Below, in pieces: positions 9,190 to 17,946 of a DNA stretch of 64,000 bases. The DNA is from Candidatus Eiseniibacteriota bacterium (GTDB taxonomy: Bacteria; Acidobacteriota; Terriglobia; Acidiferrales; UBA7541). The translations under genes were made by a program, and so were the position numbers. How positions within the stretch are numbered: the stretch's first letter is position 1; every line of letters starts with the position of its first letter. The DNA lies in the NCBI GenBank assembly GCA_035607215.1, contig DATNCJ010000024.1, positions 234 to 64,233 of the forward strand, read 5' to 3'. The notes beneath the pieces are model-generated. The model had not been told where the DNA came from and ran no database searches. It saw only the letters and a program-made list of their open reading frames with translations.

Positions 9190-10362
9190 TCAGCGCGACC
9201 CTGTCGAATCGTCGGCGGGATCAAAGGATCTAATTTTGGCTACGGTGGCGGCGTCGAGGCGCTGCAGTAGGGTGACGAGAAGATCTACTGTGCGGTCGAA
9301 GTCGGATCTGTCGATTATGCCGTTGTGGGTGTGCGTCGAGCGGGTTGGGACGAGCAGAGTTGTGACTGGGACGCCGCTGCCGTTGAGCTTGATCGCGCCG
9401 GCGTCGTCGCCGAAGCCCTGCACGAAATCGAATTGCAGCGGGATTTGCTTTTCGGCGGCTACTTCCTGGACGTACTTCACCAGCTTGCGATTCGGATATT
9501 CACTAAAGCTATAGAGCATGATGCCGGGGCCGCCGCCGATCGTTTCCAGCGAGGCGTCCGGCTTGTTGCCGGGGGTGTCGTTGGCGACGCCGACTTCCAG
9601 GGCGATGCCGATGTCGGGATTAATGATGTGCGCGGAGGTTGTGGCGCCGCGCATCTCGATGCTGCCTTCTTCCTGAATGGTCGCCGCGTAAAAAATCTGA
9701 TTCGGATGCGCCTGGCTTTTGAGGCGGCGCATGGCCTCGATCATGGCGATGCAGCCGACGCGGTCGTCCCAGGCTTTGGCGAGATAGCGATTGTTGGGCA
9801 GGACGGCGAACTCGGAGACGGGGGCGATCGGATCGCCGACACTGATCCCAAGCGCGGCGACCTCCGCGGCACTGCGGGCGCCCGTATCGAAGAAATATTC
9901 GGTGGGCTGCGTGGGACGGCCGGCGTCGTGGGGCGCAATGTGCGCGTCCCAGAGTTCGCTGACGGCGAGGACTGGGCCTTTGCTGCCGATGATGGTCCAG
10001 CGCTGGTCGCCGAGCGCTTGCGGGAGCCAGTAGCCGAGCATCTGCACGGTGATGTAACCGTCGGGGCGGATGTGGCGGACAATTGCGCCAAGTTCGTCCA
10101 TGTGCGCGTCGACCATGATGCGCGGGCCGGTGTTGCCCTGCTGAGCGATGACCGAGCCGAGGCCGTCGTAGGAGATTTTGTCGGCGTAAGGCTTGGCCGA
10201 TTCCGTGAAAAGTTTACGGACGGCGCCTTCCGCACCCGGCGGGCCGGGGGCTTCGGTGAATTGCTTCATGAGGCGGAGGAGCGGGTCGTTGGATGGGGAT
10301 TGTGCTGGGCTTACCGCGGCGAGGATTGCGGAGAAAAGGAATGCTGGGAGTGTGCGGCGCAT
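9190..10362 (-). CDS. M42 family aminopeptidase (FrvX-like) with signal peptide
   Basis: M42 motifs (VDAHMDELG, AWDDRVGC, IQEEGS) after the leader MRRTLPAFLFSAILAAVSPAQ. Confidence 0.8.
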   Translation of the reverse strand: MRRTLPAFLFSAILAAVSPAQSPSNDPLLRLMKQFTEAPGPPGAEGAVRKLFTESAKPYADKISYDGLGSVIAQQGNTGPRIMVDAHMDELGAIVRHIRPDGYITVQMLGYWLPQALGDQRWTIIGSKGPVLAVSELWDAHIAPHDAGRPTQPTEYFFDTGARSAAEVAALGISVGDPIAPVSEFAVLPNNRYLAKAWDDRVGCIAMIEAMRRLKSQAHPNQIFYAATIQEEGSIEMRGATTSAHIINPDIGIALEVGVANDTPGNKPDASLETIGGGPGIMLYSFSEYPNRKLVKYVQEVAAEKQIPLQFDFVQGFGDDAGAIKLNGSGVPVTTLLVPTRSTHTHNGIIDRSDFDRTVDLLVTLLQRLDAATVAKIRSFDPADDSTGSR

Positions 10363-10521
10363 TTTGCGGGATGGCCTCTTTAAACCGATTTAGTGTTGCG
10401 CTTATGTTGTATCGCAAAAATTCAAGCGGAAGAAGAGGCATTTGCTGGGAGGCACGGGCACACGGGGAAACAATGAAGCAGAATTGAGGCGACGGCATGC
10501 TCGCGCCAAAACTAAACAATG

Positions 10522-10552
10522 AAAAAAGAGCGGGCGCGGCGATGTCGCGCCC
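10522..10552 (-). terminator. Intrinsic terminator downstream of the DinB gene
   Basis: GGGCGCG/CGCGCCC 7-bp stem with a 7-nt loop, followed on the minus strand by GCTCTTTTTT. Confidence 0.6.
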
Positions 10553-10608
10553 TACAACATCCTCAACACATACAGATGAGAGACGGCGTACTAGGTGAGA
10601 GCAGGGTA

Positions 10609-11148
10609 TTAGTTCACGCCTTTTTGGGGGTCCCAACTGCCTTGTAGGCGGCGGATGTAGATGATTTGGCCGGTGTGGTAGGCGTTGTGGGTGCCGACGT
10701 GGGCGATTTCCGAGCCGAATTTGGCGAGCTGCTCGTCGGTGGCGGACTCAACGAATTTTTCGAGGTCGGTCATGACCTGGTCGAGTTGCTTGGTGATGTT
10801 GGACCAGCCCTTGGCGTCGAATTTGTCGAAGGTTTCCTCGTTGTTGCCGCTGAATTTACTTTCGGGCTCGCCTTTGAACTTCGACAGCTCGCGTGAATTC
10901 CAGAAGACCAAGTGATAAGCCAACTGACCGACGGAGTGATTGCCTTTGCCGTCTTTCCAGGAGGCTTGTTCGGGCGTCAGGCCTTCGACGGATTTGCTCG
11001 GGGAGACGAACCAGTCGTTTTTATCGTGCGTGGTTTTCAATTGTTCGAGAAGGATGCCCTTAAGCGTGGACGGTGGCGCCGGCTTCTGGTCCTGAGCGAA
11101 TGCGGAAGTAGAGAGCAGCAGGGTTAGAGCAAGCAGAAAGGATTTCAT
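10609..11148 (-). CDS. DinB-family protein with signal peptide
   Basis: Leader MKSFLLALTLLLSTSAFAQ. DinB-type motifs LAYHLVFWN and AHVGTHNAYHTGQIIYIRR. Confidence 0.8.
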   Translation of the reverse strand: MKSFLLALTLLLSTSAFAQDQKPAPPSTLKGILLEQLKTTHDKNDWFVSPSKSVEGLTPEQASWKDGKGNHSVGQLAYHLVFWNSRELSKFKGEPESKFSGNNEETFDKFDAKGWSNITKQLDQVMTDLEKFVESATDEQLAKFGSEIAHVGTHNAYHTGQIIYIRRLQGSWDPQKGVN

Positions 11149-11331
11149 TAGTCGATGGCCTCGCTGAGTTTGTGTGGAATCCGTCGGTTACTGGTTTTGA
11201 CGCATGAGTATACGTTAGGAGAGCAGGATTGCATCAGTGCATGCGGGCGGATCGATTGGTCGAACGGTGGGTGCGCGCGAACCGCAGCGACCGGGCGGGA
11301 CGAGCGCCGTCCTGCGGGAGAGCACCAGAGA

Positions 11332-12471
11332 CTACTGTGGGCCAGTGAGGTAGGTTTTGCGGTGGCGGACTTGGTACGTTGCGGAGGCGTTGGTCGTGCC
11401 GGCATTTTCGGTGGAGATGCGGACTTCGATGGAGCGGTAAGTATTGGCCGGGCCGCGCGGCGTGGGGTAATACCCGAGGCGGTATTGCGTGCGCAGCTCG
11501 CGATTGATGCGATCGAAGATGGCGTCGAGCTCGGTGATGGCGTCGGGATAGAACATCGCCCCGCCCATAGTGTCGGTGATGGCCGAGAGGGCGTGTTCGC
11601 CCGCAGTATTGCGTCCGCTTTCATTTTTCACCGGGCGGACGACGATGGTGTAGAGCAGCGCGCCGGAGCGGACCGCAGCCTTGCGCGCGGCGTCGAAGTC
11701 GGTGCTGCTGGTGGTTTCGCCACCATCGGTGATGAGCACGATCACATGACGGCGATCGTCGCCGCGGCGCTCGAGGGTGCGCGCGCCGAGCAGAAGGCCG
11801 TCGTAGATGGAGGTGCCCGCGCCCGGAGGCATGCGATGGAGGGCGCTCTGTAATTGGCCAAAGTCGCCGGTGTAATTGGCGAGCTGGTGGACGTCTTCGG
11901 AAATGGCGAAGATGGAAGCGCGATCGTCTTTGCGGAGCACCTGGCGCAGAAAGCGCAGGGCGGAATCTTGCTCGAACAAGATTTCCTTGTGGGCGCTAAG
12001 GCTGGCGTCGACCATCAGGGCCATGTCGATGGGTTGCTGCGTTTCCTGCTCGAAGACTTCAATTTTCTGTTCGAAACCCTCTTCGAAGAGTTGGAATGCT
12101 TCGCGCGGCAGGTCGGGCGCCGGGCGATTGTGGTCGTCCAGAACGCTCGCGAGCACGTTGACCAGGTTAACGCTGACACGAATGCGGCCGCGCTCTTGTG
12201 AGGACTGGCCGTCGGAGTCGCCGTCAGCGGAGTTGCTGCCCATGGGATTGACGATCGTTGGCGGCGTGGGGGATGTGGTCGAGGTGGACGAGCCTGTCGA
12301 GGCCGGTGCTGTGCATGCGGGCGCGCTAGAGCCGGAGTTTGATTTTTTCTTGCGCGCCCAAGGCGGGCGGTCCGATTCCGACTGCGCGTGCAGCGCGGCC
12401 GCGAAGAACATCGCAAGAACAGGCAAACAAATCAGCAGCGCCAGGCGAGTGGAAGAAAGTGTCGGGCGCAT
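11332..12471 (-). CDS. VWA domain protein of the acidobacterial VWFA-related (TIGR03436-like) family
   Basis: Signal peptide, a conserved VSVNLVNVLASVLD...FQLFEEG N-domain, and a MIDAS-like DASLS motif. Confidence 0.75.
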   Translation of the reverse strand: MRPTLSSTRLALLICLPVLAMFFAAALHAQSESDRPPWARKKKSNSGSSAPACTAPASTGSSTSTTSPTPPTIVNPMGSNSADGDSDGQSSQERGRIRVSVNLVNVLASVLDDHNRPAPDLPREAFQLFEEGFEQKIEVFEQETQQPIDMALMVDASLSAHKEILFEQDSALRFLRQVLRKDDRASIFAISEDVHQLANYTGDFGQLQSALHRMPPGAGTSIYDGLLLGARTLERRGDDRRHVIVLITDGGETTSSTDFDAARKAAVRSGALLYTIVVRPVKNESGRNTAGEHALSAITDTMGGAMFYPDAITELDAIFDRINRELRTQYRLGYYPTPRGPANTYRSIEVRISTENAGTTNASATYQVRHRKTYLTGPQ

Positions 12472-12477
12472 GCGGTA

Positions 12478-13002
12478 TTAGGATGCGGGTTTTGCCTTTG
12501 GCGTATCGAGTGGGCCAGCGAGTGGCGGTGGCGGGAGTTCGCCGTCGGCCCACATGGCGCCATCTTCGAAGTATTCCTTTTTCCAGATGGGCACGGTGCG
12601 CTTGAGGGTGTCGATGGCGAAGCGGCAGGCATCGAAGGCCGCAGGACGGTGTGGCGCGCTGACGGCGACGAAGACGGAGGTCTCGCCTATATCGAGGCGG
12701 CCGAGGCGGTGAGCGATGGCGACACGGTCGATGGAGAATTGGGCGCGGGCGGCGGCGGCAATTTCGCGCATCTTGGCAACGGCCATGGATTCGTAGGCTT
12801 CGTAGTCAAGGTACAGCGTGCGGCGGCCGTGAGATTGGTTGCGGACGCAGCCGTCGAAGGTGACGACGGCGCCATCGGCGGCAGTGCGCACGTGGTCGAT
12901 CAGGGTGGCAGGGTCGATAGGGTCGTGGATCAGGAGTACGAGGTCGTCAGCAGTTGCGGCTTTGAGTCCGGCGGAATTAGGCTTGGGAGCGGTCGTGGAC
13001 AT
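12478..13002 (-). CDS. moaE: Molybdopterin synthase catalytic subunit MoaE
   Basis: MoaE core is present: VVTFDGCVRN...YEAYESMA...IAHRLGRLDIGETSVFVAVSAPHR...PIWKKE. Confidence 0.9.
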   Translation of the reverse strand: MSTTAPKPNSAGLKAATADDLVLLIHDPIDPATLIDHVRTAADGAVVTFDGCVRNQSHGRRTLYLDYEAYESMAVAKMREIAAAARAQFSIDRVAIAHRLGRLDIGETSVFVAVSAPHRPAAFDACRFAIDTLKRTVPIWKKEYFEDGAMWADGELPPPPLAGPLDTPKAKPAS

Positions 13003-13015
13003 ATTAAGGGCCGTG

Positions 13016-13324
13016 CTAGCCTCCGCTCACGGGCGGAAGGAAAGCGACCTCGTCGCCCGAAACTAGAGGAGTGCTCCAGGCGGCGAATTCCTGATTACGA
13101 GAGGCTACCAGCGAGCTACGGAAGCCGGCGAGTTCGGGGTGGGAGGCGCCATAGCGGGCGAAGAGGGCTTCGATGGGCGCGCCTTCGGCCAGGTCGACGG
13201 AATCTTCGGCGCGGCCGATGATTTCCTTGAGGCGGCCGAAAAAGAGCACCTTGACTCGAATTGTGGGGGAAACGGGTGCCACAAAGGAATTGTAACCCTC
13301 GCGGTGGTTTGTGAGTAGTGCCAT
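13016..13324 (-). CDS. moaD: Molybdopterin synthase sulfur carrier MoaD
   Basis: Ubiquitin-like MoaD ending in PPVSGG, 13 nt upstream of moaE. The start codon is uncertain; the core begins around IRVKVLFFG. Confidence 0.8.
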   Translation of the reverse strand: MALLTNHREGYNSFVAPVSPTIRVKVLFFGRLKEIIGRAEDSVDLAEGAPIEALFARYGASHPELAGFRSSLVASRNQEFAAWSTPLVSGDEVAFLPPVSGG

Positions 13325-13473
13325 AGGCGCGAGTTGCGCAGGCGTTTGTTGCATAGGCGGATAAGACCGGCAGACGGCCGCAGGGAACTTAACACCGCGG
13401 CGGCGCGTATAGTTGCAAGACCGAAGGCCGAGGTGTGACGTCTGTGTGAGTGAGTTTGTGTGTGAGGGTCTGG

Positions 13474-14469
13474 ATGAAGGTACTAGTCACAGGTGCGACG
13501 GGGCTGGTCGGGACGGCGCTGGTCAAGTCGCTGGCCCACGATGGGCACTTGGTGTGCCGGCTGTTGCGTCGCGAGAGTGTGACCGGCGCCAAGGGCGCGA
13601 GGCCCAAGTCGGCCAAGAAGGCGGAAGCGGCCACTGCAGCGGGGTTGGAGGGGCGCGTTTTTGACGTAGCCTGGGATCCGGAGGCGTCGGCGGCTCATGC
13701 AATTGGCGATCCGCAAGGGCACACCGTGGGCGCGGACGCGGTAGTGAATCTGGCGGGCGCATCAATCGCGGATGGGAAGTGGACGACGCAGCGGAAGATG
13801 CAGCTGCGATCGAGCCGGATCAAGACGACGCGATCGCTGCTGACGGCGCTGCAGAAGGCTGGGCTGTCGCCGAAGGTGTTGGTGTCGGCGTCGGCGATCG
13901 GAATTTTCGGCGACCGTGGCGATGAGGTGTTGACCGAAGAAAGTGAAGCGGGGCGAGGGTTTCTGGCTGGACTGGCGACGGAGTGGGAAGCCGAGGCGAG
14001 AGCCGCGGAGTCGATGGGGATGCGCGTGGTGTGCGCGCGGTTCGGGATCATTCTGGCGAAGAGCGGCGGCGCGTTGCCGCAGATGATGAAGCCGTTCAAG
14101 TTCGGCGTGGGAGGAAAACTGGCGTCGGGGCGGCAATGGATGTCATGGGTGACGCTGGAGGACGTGATCGGCGTGATCCGCTATGCGCTGGAGAATGCAC
14201 CGGTGAGCGGAGCGGTGAATGTTGTGGCGCCCGACCCGGTGCGGAACGCGAAATTCACCAAGGAATTGGGGCGCGCGATGCACCGCCCGGCCGTTTTTGC
14301 GGTGCCGGAATTCGCTTTGCGCATGGCCCTCGGTAAAGAAATGGCGGAGGAGATGCTCCTCGCCAGCGAGCGCGTCATGCCGAAGAGACTGCAGGCACTC
14401 GGCTACCAATTCCAGCATCCGGAGTTGCCCCTCGCGCTGGAGGATGTATTGCACGGAAACGCGAACTAA
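13474..14469 (+). CDS. TIGR01777-family NAD-dependent epimerase/dehydratase-like protein (YfcH-like, DUF1731)
   Basis: MKVLVTGATGLVG Rossmann start and a conserved C-terminal DUF1731-like region. GAGGG lies upstream of the ATG at 13474. Confidence 0.85.
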   Translation: MKVLVTGATGLVGTALVKSLAHDGHLVCRLLRRESVTGAKGARPKSAKKAEAATAAGLEGRVFDVAWDPEASAAHAIGDPQGHTVGADAVVNLAGASIADGKWTTQRKMQLRSSRIKTTRSLLTALQKAGLSPKVLVSASAIGIFGDRGDEVLTEESEAGRGFLAGLATEWEAEARAAESMGMRVVCARFGIILAKSGGALPQMMKPFKFGVGGKLASGRQWMSWVTLEDVIGVIRYALENAPVSGAVNVVAPDPVRNAKFTKELGRAMHRPAVFAVPEFALRMALGKEMAEEMLLASERVMPKRLQALGYQFQHPELPLALEDVLHGNAN

Positions 14470-14521
14470 GTCCGCGCCCGATTGACCGCACCGAAAACGA
14501 ATTTATTCGCGCCGACGTCGT

Positions 14522-15106
14522 TTACTTCAGCGCCGTGACCGTTACCGTGAGCGTATAGACGTGGCCGGTCAACGGGTCAGGCGCGCTCATTACTTCTGTG
14601 GCTTTGCCTTCTTTCAGCGGGATCGTGGAGTTGGATCGGAATGTCGGCAACCTGATTGCGGCATAGTTCAGAGCCGGATCGCCCTTGTAGTCATTGATGG
14701 CCGGCGGAGCGAGGGAGGTTCGCTCGAAAGAAAACCGCATCAAATACTGACCTGCATCATCGCTGGTGAGGGCGCAATCGATGTTTGATCCGATTTCCAT
14801 ATACTGCATTTTTCCATCTTTGTCTGGCGAAACGGAATAGCGCGAGCCCGTGCGAATGAAGCTGCTGTAGTGGGGAGAGCCAAGCCCTTTCTCCTTTTCG
14901 GTGTTCATGAGAAACGAGTACGGCAGCGTGGCCACTTTCTTCTCCCCGTCGAACTCGTTGAGCACAAAGAGCACCTTCACCGTCGCAAAGACTCGGGCTG
15001 GATTCTCAGGCTGGCTGTCGGGTTTTGGCTTCTCCTGGCCGCGAACCGTTGTGCCGGCAAGTCCCAACATCGCCGTGAACGCTACCATCGACATCAGTTT
15101 TTTCAT
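14522..15106 (-). CDS. Hypothetical secreted protein, third gene of the ECF operon
   Basis: Signal peptide MKKLMSMVAFTAMLGLAGTTVRGQ. The start overlaps the anti-sigma stop in ATGA (15103-15106). No family recognised. Confidence 0.6.
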   Translation of the reverse strand: MKKLMSMVAFTAMLGLAGTTVRGQEKPKPDSQPENPARVFATVKVLFVLNEFDGEKKVATLPYSFLMNTEKEKGLGSPHYSSFIRTGSRYSVSPDKDGKMQYMEIGSNIDCALTSDDAGQYLMRFSFERTSLAPPAINDYKGDPALNYAAIRLPTFRSNSTIPLKEGKATEVMSAPDPLTGHVYTLTVTVTALK

Positions 15107-15864
15107 TTCAACGCTCCGTTTACGGTGTCACCGAGCCGCTTGCCATCTGAAGTTGAATCGGGCCCCCAATCCGGCAGTGGCAAAAGTTCAACCCGGGAGA
15201 CCTCAATGACATCAATCGGTGAACCGAGAGTCGGCGGTTTCGACGAATCGCCGGCAGCAAGTCGCAGCGAACCCCCGTGCAATGCGCGCACGTAGTGCGC
15301 TAGGAGCAATTCCTGATCGGGCGGAACCAGCACTTTCACACGATTGCCCTTCATTCGATCGCTAGGCGTGCTAGTCCCCATCACCGTGGGACTATTTCTC
15401 CCACGACCAACGCGGGATTCGACGGGCGCGACAGACCTCTCGGCTGTGAGTCCTGGTTGAGCCGACAAGTCCTGCTTCCGCTCCGTTGACGCGACGCTCG
15501 CGCCTGCATCGCTATGCGCGGTGTTGATCGCATTGCGACTCCACCGGGGCAAAGGCGATAGCGCGATGACGACCGCCCCAGCTGCAGCAGCGTAGTACGC
15601 CCAATGTGCCGATGCCGGGCGCCTCGCGGCACTCGCGTCCTTCTGTGAGATTCGAACGCGCACCGCAGAAAGCAACGACGCGGGCATCGGTGCACTGGCC
15701 GCGGCACGAACTCCGCCATCGATCCCGGCGAAAAGTGACCGCTCCCGTTCGAAAGCCACCTGGCACGAGGCGCAAGCCTCCACATGCGCCCGCAAAGCCA
15801 AGGGCAGCGCATCGCCGGATGCAGCCGCATCGATCAGCGCCTCTCTGTAGCGTTCGCAACTCAT
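15103..15864 (-). CDS. Anti-sigma factor (zf-HC2 type) with one TM segment
   Basis: MSCERYREALIDAA...HVEACASCQ zinc-finger anti-sigma motif and a central hydrophobic helix. The start overlaps the sigma stop in ATGA (15861-15864). Confidence 0.75.
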   Translation of the reverse strand: MSCERYREALIDAAASGDALPLALRAHVEACASCQVAFERERSLFAGIDGGVRAAASAPMPASLLSAVRVRISQKDASAARRPASAHWAYYAAAAGAVVIALSPLPRWSRNAINTAHSDAGASVASTERKQDLSAQPGLTAERSVAPVESRVGRGRNSPTVMGTSTPSDRMKGNRVKVLVPPDQELLLAHYVRALHGGSLRLAAGDSSKPPTLGSPIDVIEVSRVELLPLPDWGPDSTSDGKRLGDTVNGALK

Positions 15865-16418
15865 CGCAATTTCTCCGCTAACCGCTTTCGGGCGAAAAAC
15901 AATCTCGATTTCACGGTGCCGGGCGGAACGCCGAGCATCGCGGCAACTTCTTCGACCGTATGGCCTTCCATAGCGGCGAGCAGCACTACCAGCCGCAGCT
16001 TTGGCGAGAGATCTTCCATGGCGCGTTCCAGCCGCGACTGAAATTCGCTGCATGCGGCGAGATCCTCGGTGCTTGCTTGCGGTGGCGCCTGCGACCACAA
16101 CGTTTCGCGCTGCTCGCGGCGCCGCGCCGAGCGCGCGCGATCCAGCGCCAGGCGAAAGGTAATGCGCACGAGCCAGGAGCGAAAGCAATTGCGATCGCGC
16201 AGGTGGTCGAAGCGTCGATATGCCCGAAGCAGCGCCTCCTGCGCCACGTCTTCCGCGTCGGCGTCGTTGCGCAGCACGCCGCGCGCAACCCGATAGGCCA
16301 GCGGACCGCACTCGGCCAGGCGTTCCTCGAACTCGCGGCGCGTGGCGGCGACTTCCGCCTGCTTCGCCCAGTCCCGCTCGGCCGAGCCGCCTGGCTGAAT
16401 CAGAACTAACTCCTGCAT
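15861..16418 (-). CDS. ECF (sigma-70 family group 4) RNA polymerase sigma factor
   Basis: Region 2 (DAEDVAQEALLRAYRRF, FRSWLVRI) and region 4 (EGHTVEEVAAMLGVPPGTVKSRLFFARKRL). The internal ATG at 16418 is preferred. Confidence 0.9.
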   Translation of the reverse strand: MQELVLIQPGGSAERDWAKQAEVAATRREFEERLAECGPLAYRVARGVLRNDADAEDVAQEALLRAYRRFDHLRDRNCFRSWLVRITFRLALDRARSARRREQRETLWSQAPPQASTEDLAACSEFQSRLERAMEDLSPKLRLVVLLAAMEGHTVEEVAAMLGVPPGTVKSRLFFARKRLAEKLR

Positions 16419-16467
16419 TGGGTCCTGTTGTGCGAGCCGAAGGCGCTCGCCCTCCCCGTACACCCGC

Positions 16468-16496
16468 AAGACGCCGCGAGGTGGTGGACGGTTCAA
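16468..16496 (-). promoter_or_regulatory. Candidate ECF-type autoregulated promoter
   Basis: The minus strand reads TGAACC-N-CGTCTT, with 17 nt between GAAC and CGTC. It lies about 50 nt upstream of the sigma start codon. Confidence 0.35.
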
Positions 16497-17305
16497 AGTT
16501 GGGCCGAGAAACGAGAAGAGACTACGCGCGCGGCGAGAAAAGAGGAACGGTGGAGTTTGCGAGCTGCGTTTCAGACCGGAACGGAACTCGGCTGGCGCCG
16601 TACCGAAGTGGAACGGCGGATAAGGGCATTCAAAAGCACAATTTCCCCTCGCGTCAGTGCAATACGCGCTGCCTTCTGTCGCAATAACCTCGCAAACTCT
16701 TCTGAACAGGATTGTTATGCGCCAAGCTCCGAGCGCTGATGTGTTAGGACGGGTCTTGCGAGTTTCGCTGGCTCTTCGCTTGCTGTTACCCGCGGCATGC
16801 GCCGTTCTTCGCAGCCATGGCAGCCGAGATCGACAAAACAATTGTCGCGCGCCGCAGTTCCATCACGGCGTGCCGGTCTTTCGGTCTGGCGAAGAGGTCT
16901 ACCTGTTTCCCTGGAATCACCAGGGCGGACCGTGAACGGTTCTAGGCTGGTCGCAGGGAACATTCCGCATCGCGCGGAATGCGGAAGCGGGAACGGAGAG
17001 CGTTACACAGGACTCCGCGACGGCATCGGTCTTTCGCCTGCGATCCTTTCTCTCTGCCGCAACTCCGCGACCGATGCCGGCTGGCCGCTCCTACAATCCT
17101 GTGTGGTGCCGGACGCGAATATCAGTTTTCACCACGCGCACGCGTCCCGGGTCGCAGCTATCTGCCTGGCGCGGACGTTCAATATGGCCAAAGGCGGGCA
17201 ACTGCTCGGACACACGCCGCCTCTATGGACGTTTGCGGCAACGCAGAAACCGTATACTGGCCTCCTGGAGTCCATTTAGACGCGCATCCGAGCGGAGGCT
17301 TCGGT

Positions 17306-17821
17306 ATGTACAGAGCTGCGCTGTTGCTGATTCTTGCTTTGGGCCTGGCTGGCCGCGCCACTGGCCAGGCACCCGCGCGTCCACTCACACCCGAAGAGCG
17401 AGAGGCGATGATCCGTCAGGCCGCGCAGTCGGAAATAGATCGCCAGGAGATCGTCAATCTGGAAAAGGAAGCGGCTCGCGCAATCCAGTTGAACAACCCA
17501 ACATTCTTCAAGCGTGTCTACAGCGATGACTTCACCGGCACGCTTTCGCACGGCCAGCCGGTAAACAAAGCGTCGTTCATTGAAATCGTGCAAAGCCCGG
17601 ACATCAAGTACACGTCGTTCATTGCGTCCGACGTGGTGATTCGCACTTACCAGGAGACGGCGGTGACCACATGCTTGTGGTCCTTTCGCGGGACCTACAA
17701 AGGCAAGCAGCTCTCCAGTCAGATGCGCGTGTTGCATGTGTACGTGAATAGCCCGCGCGGGTGGCGAGTAGTGGCCAGCCAGGCTACAGCGCTGCCACCG
17801 GATGTGTCCCAGCCGTTGTAG
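17306..17821 (+). CDS. Exported SnoaL/NTF2-like (DUF4440-like) protein
   Basis: Signal peptide MYRAALLLILALGLAGRATGQ and an NTF2-like fold pattern (FFKRVYSDDFTGT...VLHVYVNSPRGWRVVASQAT). Confidence 0.65.
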   Translation: MYRAALLLILALGLAGRATGQAPARPLTPEEREAMIRQAAQSEIDRQEIVNLEKEAARAIQLNNPTFFKRVYSDDFTGTLSHGQPVNKASFIEIVQSPDIKYTSFIASDVVIRTYQETAVTTCLWSFRGTYKGKQLSSQMRVLHVYVNSPRGWRVVASQATALPPDVSQPL

Positions 17822-17946
17822 CCGCCCGGCGTCGGCTCCGATCCGCAAGGTTCGATTGCGCTCTTCGCTACTGTGATTCTCGAGCTACGCGCGAGCCCTA
17901 GCCTTTCGCCCCGCACCAATGCTACGCTCCGGCCTCACCTTTTCGC

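Noticed and set aside
9325-10383. 352-aa plus-strand ORF
   Set aside because: It is antisense to the M42 peptidase, and the Gly/Asp/Ala-rich text has no motifs. The same reasoning rejects 19442-20446, 28263-29336, 48803-49963, 51375-52526, 54231-55178 and 60601-61632.
13325-13473. Possible Moco riboswitch upstream of moaD
   Set aside because: The spacer is shorter than the ~140-nt motif, and I could not find its conserved loops on the minus strand.
15865-16311. Long N-terminal extension of the anti-sigma ORF (402 aa as listed)
   Set aside because: The extension overlaps the ECF sigma gene in another frame and is Arg/Ala-rich. The ATG at 15864 gives the canonical zf-HC2 start and an ATGA overlap with the sigma stop.
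16717-16935. 72-codon ORF with a signal-peptide-like start inside the long spacer
   Set aside because: Third-position GC looked no higher than background when counted by eye. No homolog is recognised. It is kept only as a remark in the spacer finding.
17836-17860. GGTTCGATT string resembling a tRNA T-loop
   Set aside because: The flanking bases cannot form the 5-bp T-stem and no cloverleaf can be drawn. A similar string at 58041 lies inside pth.
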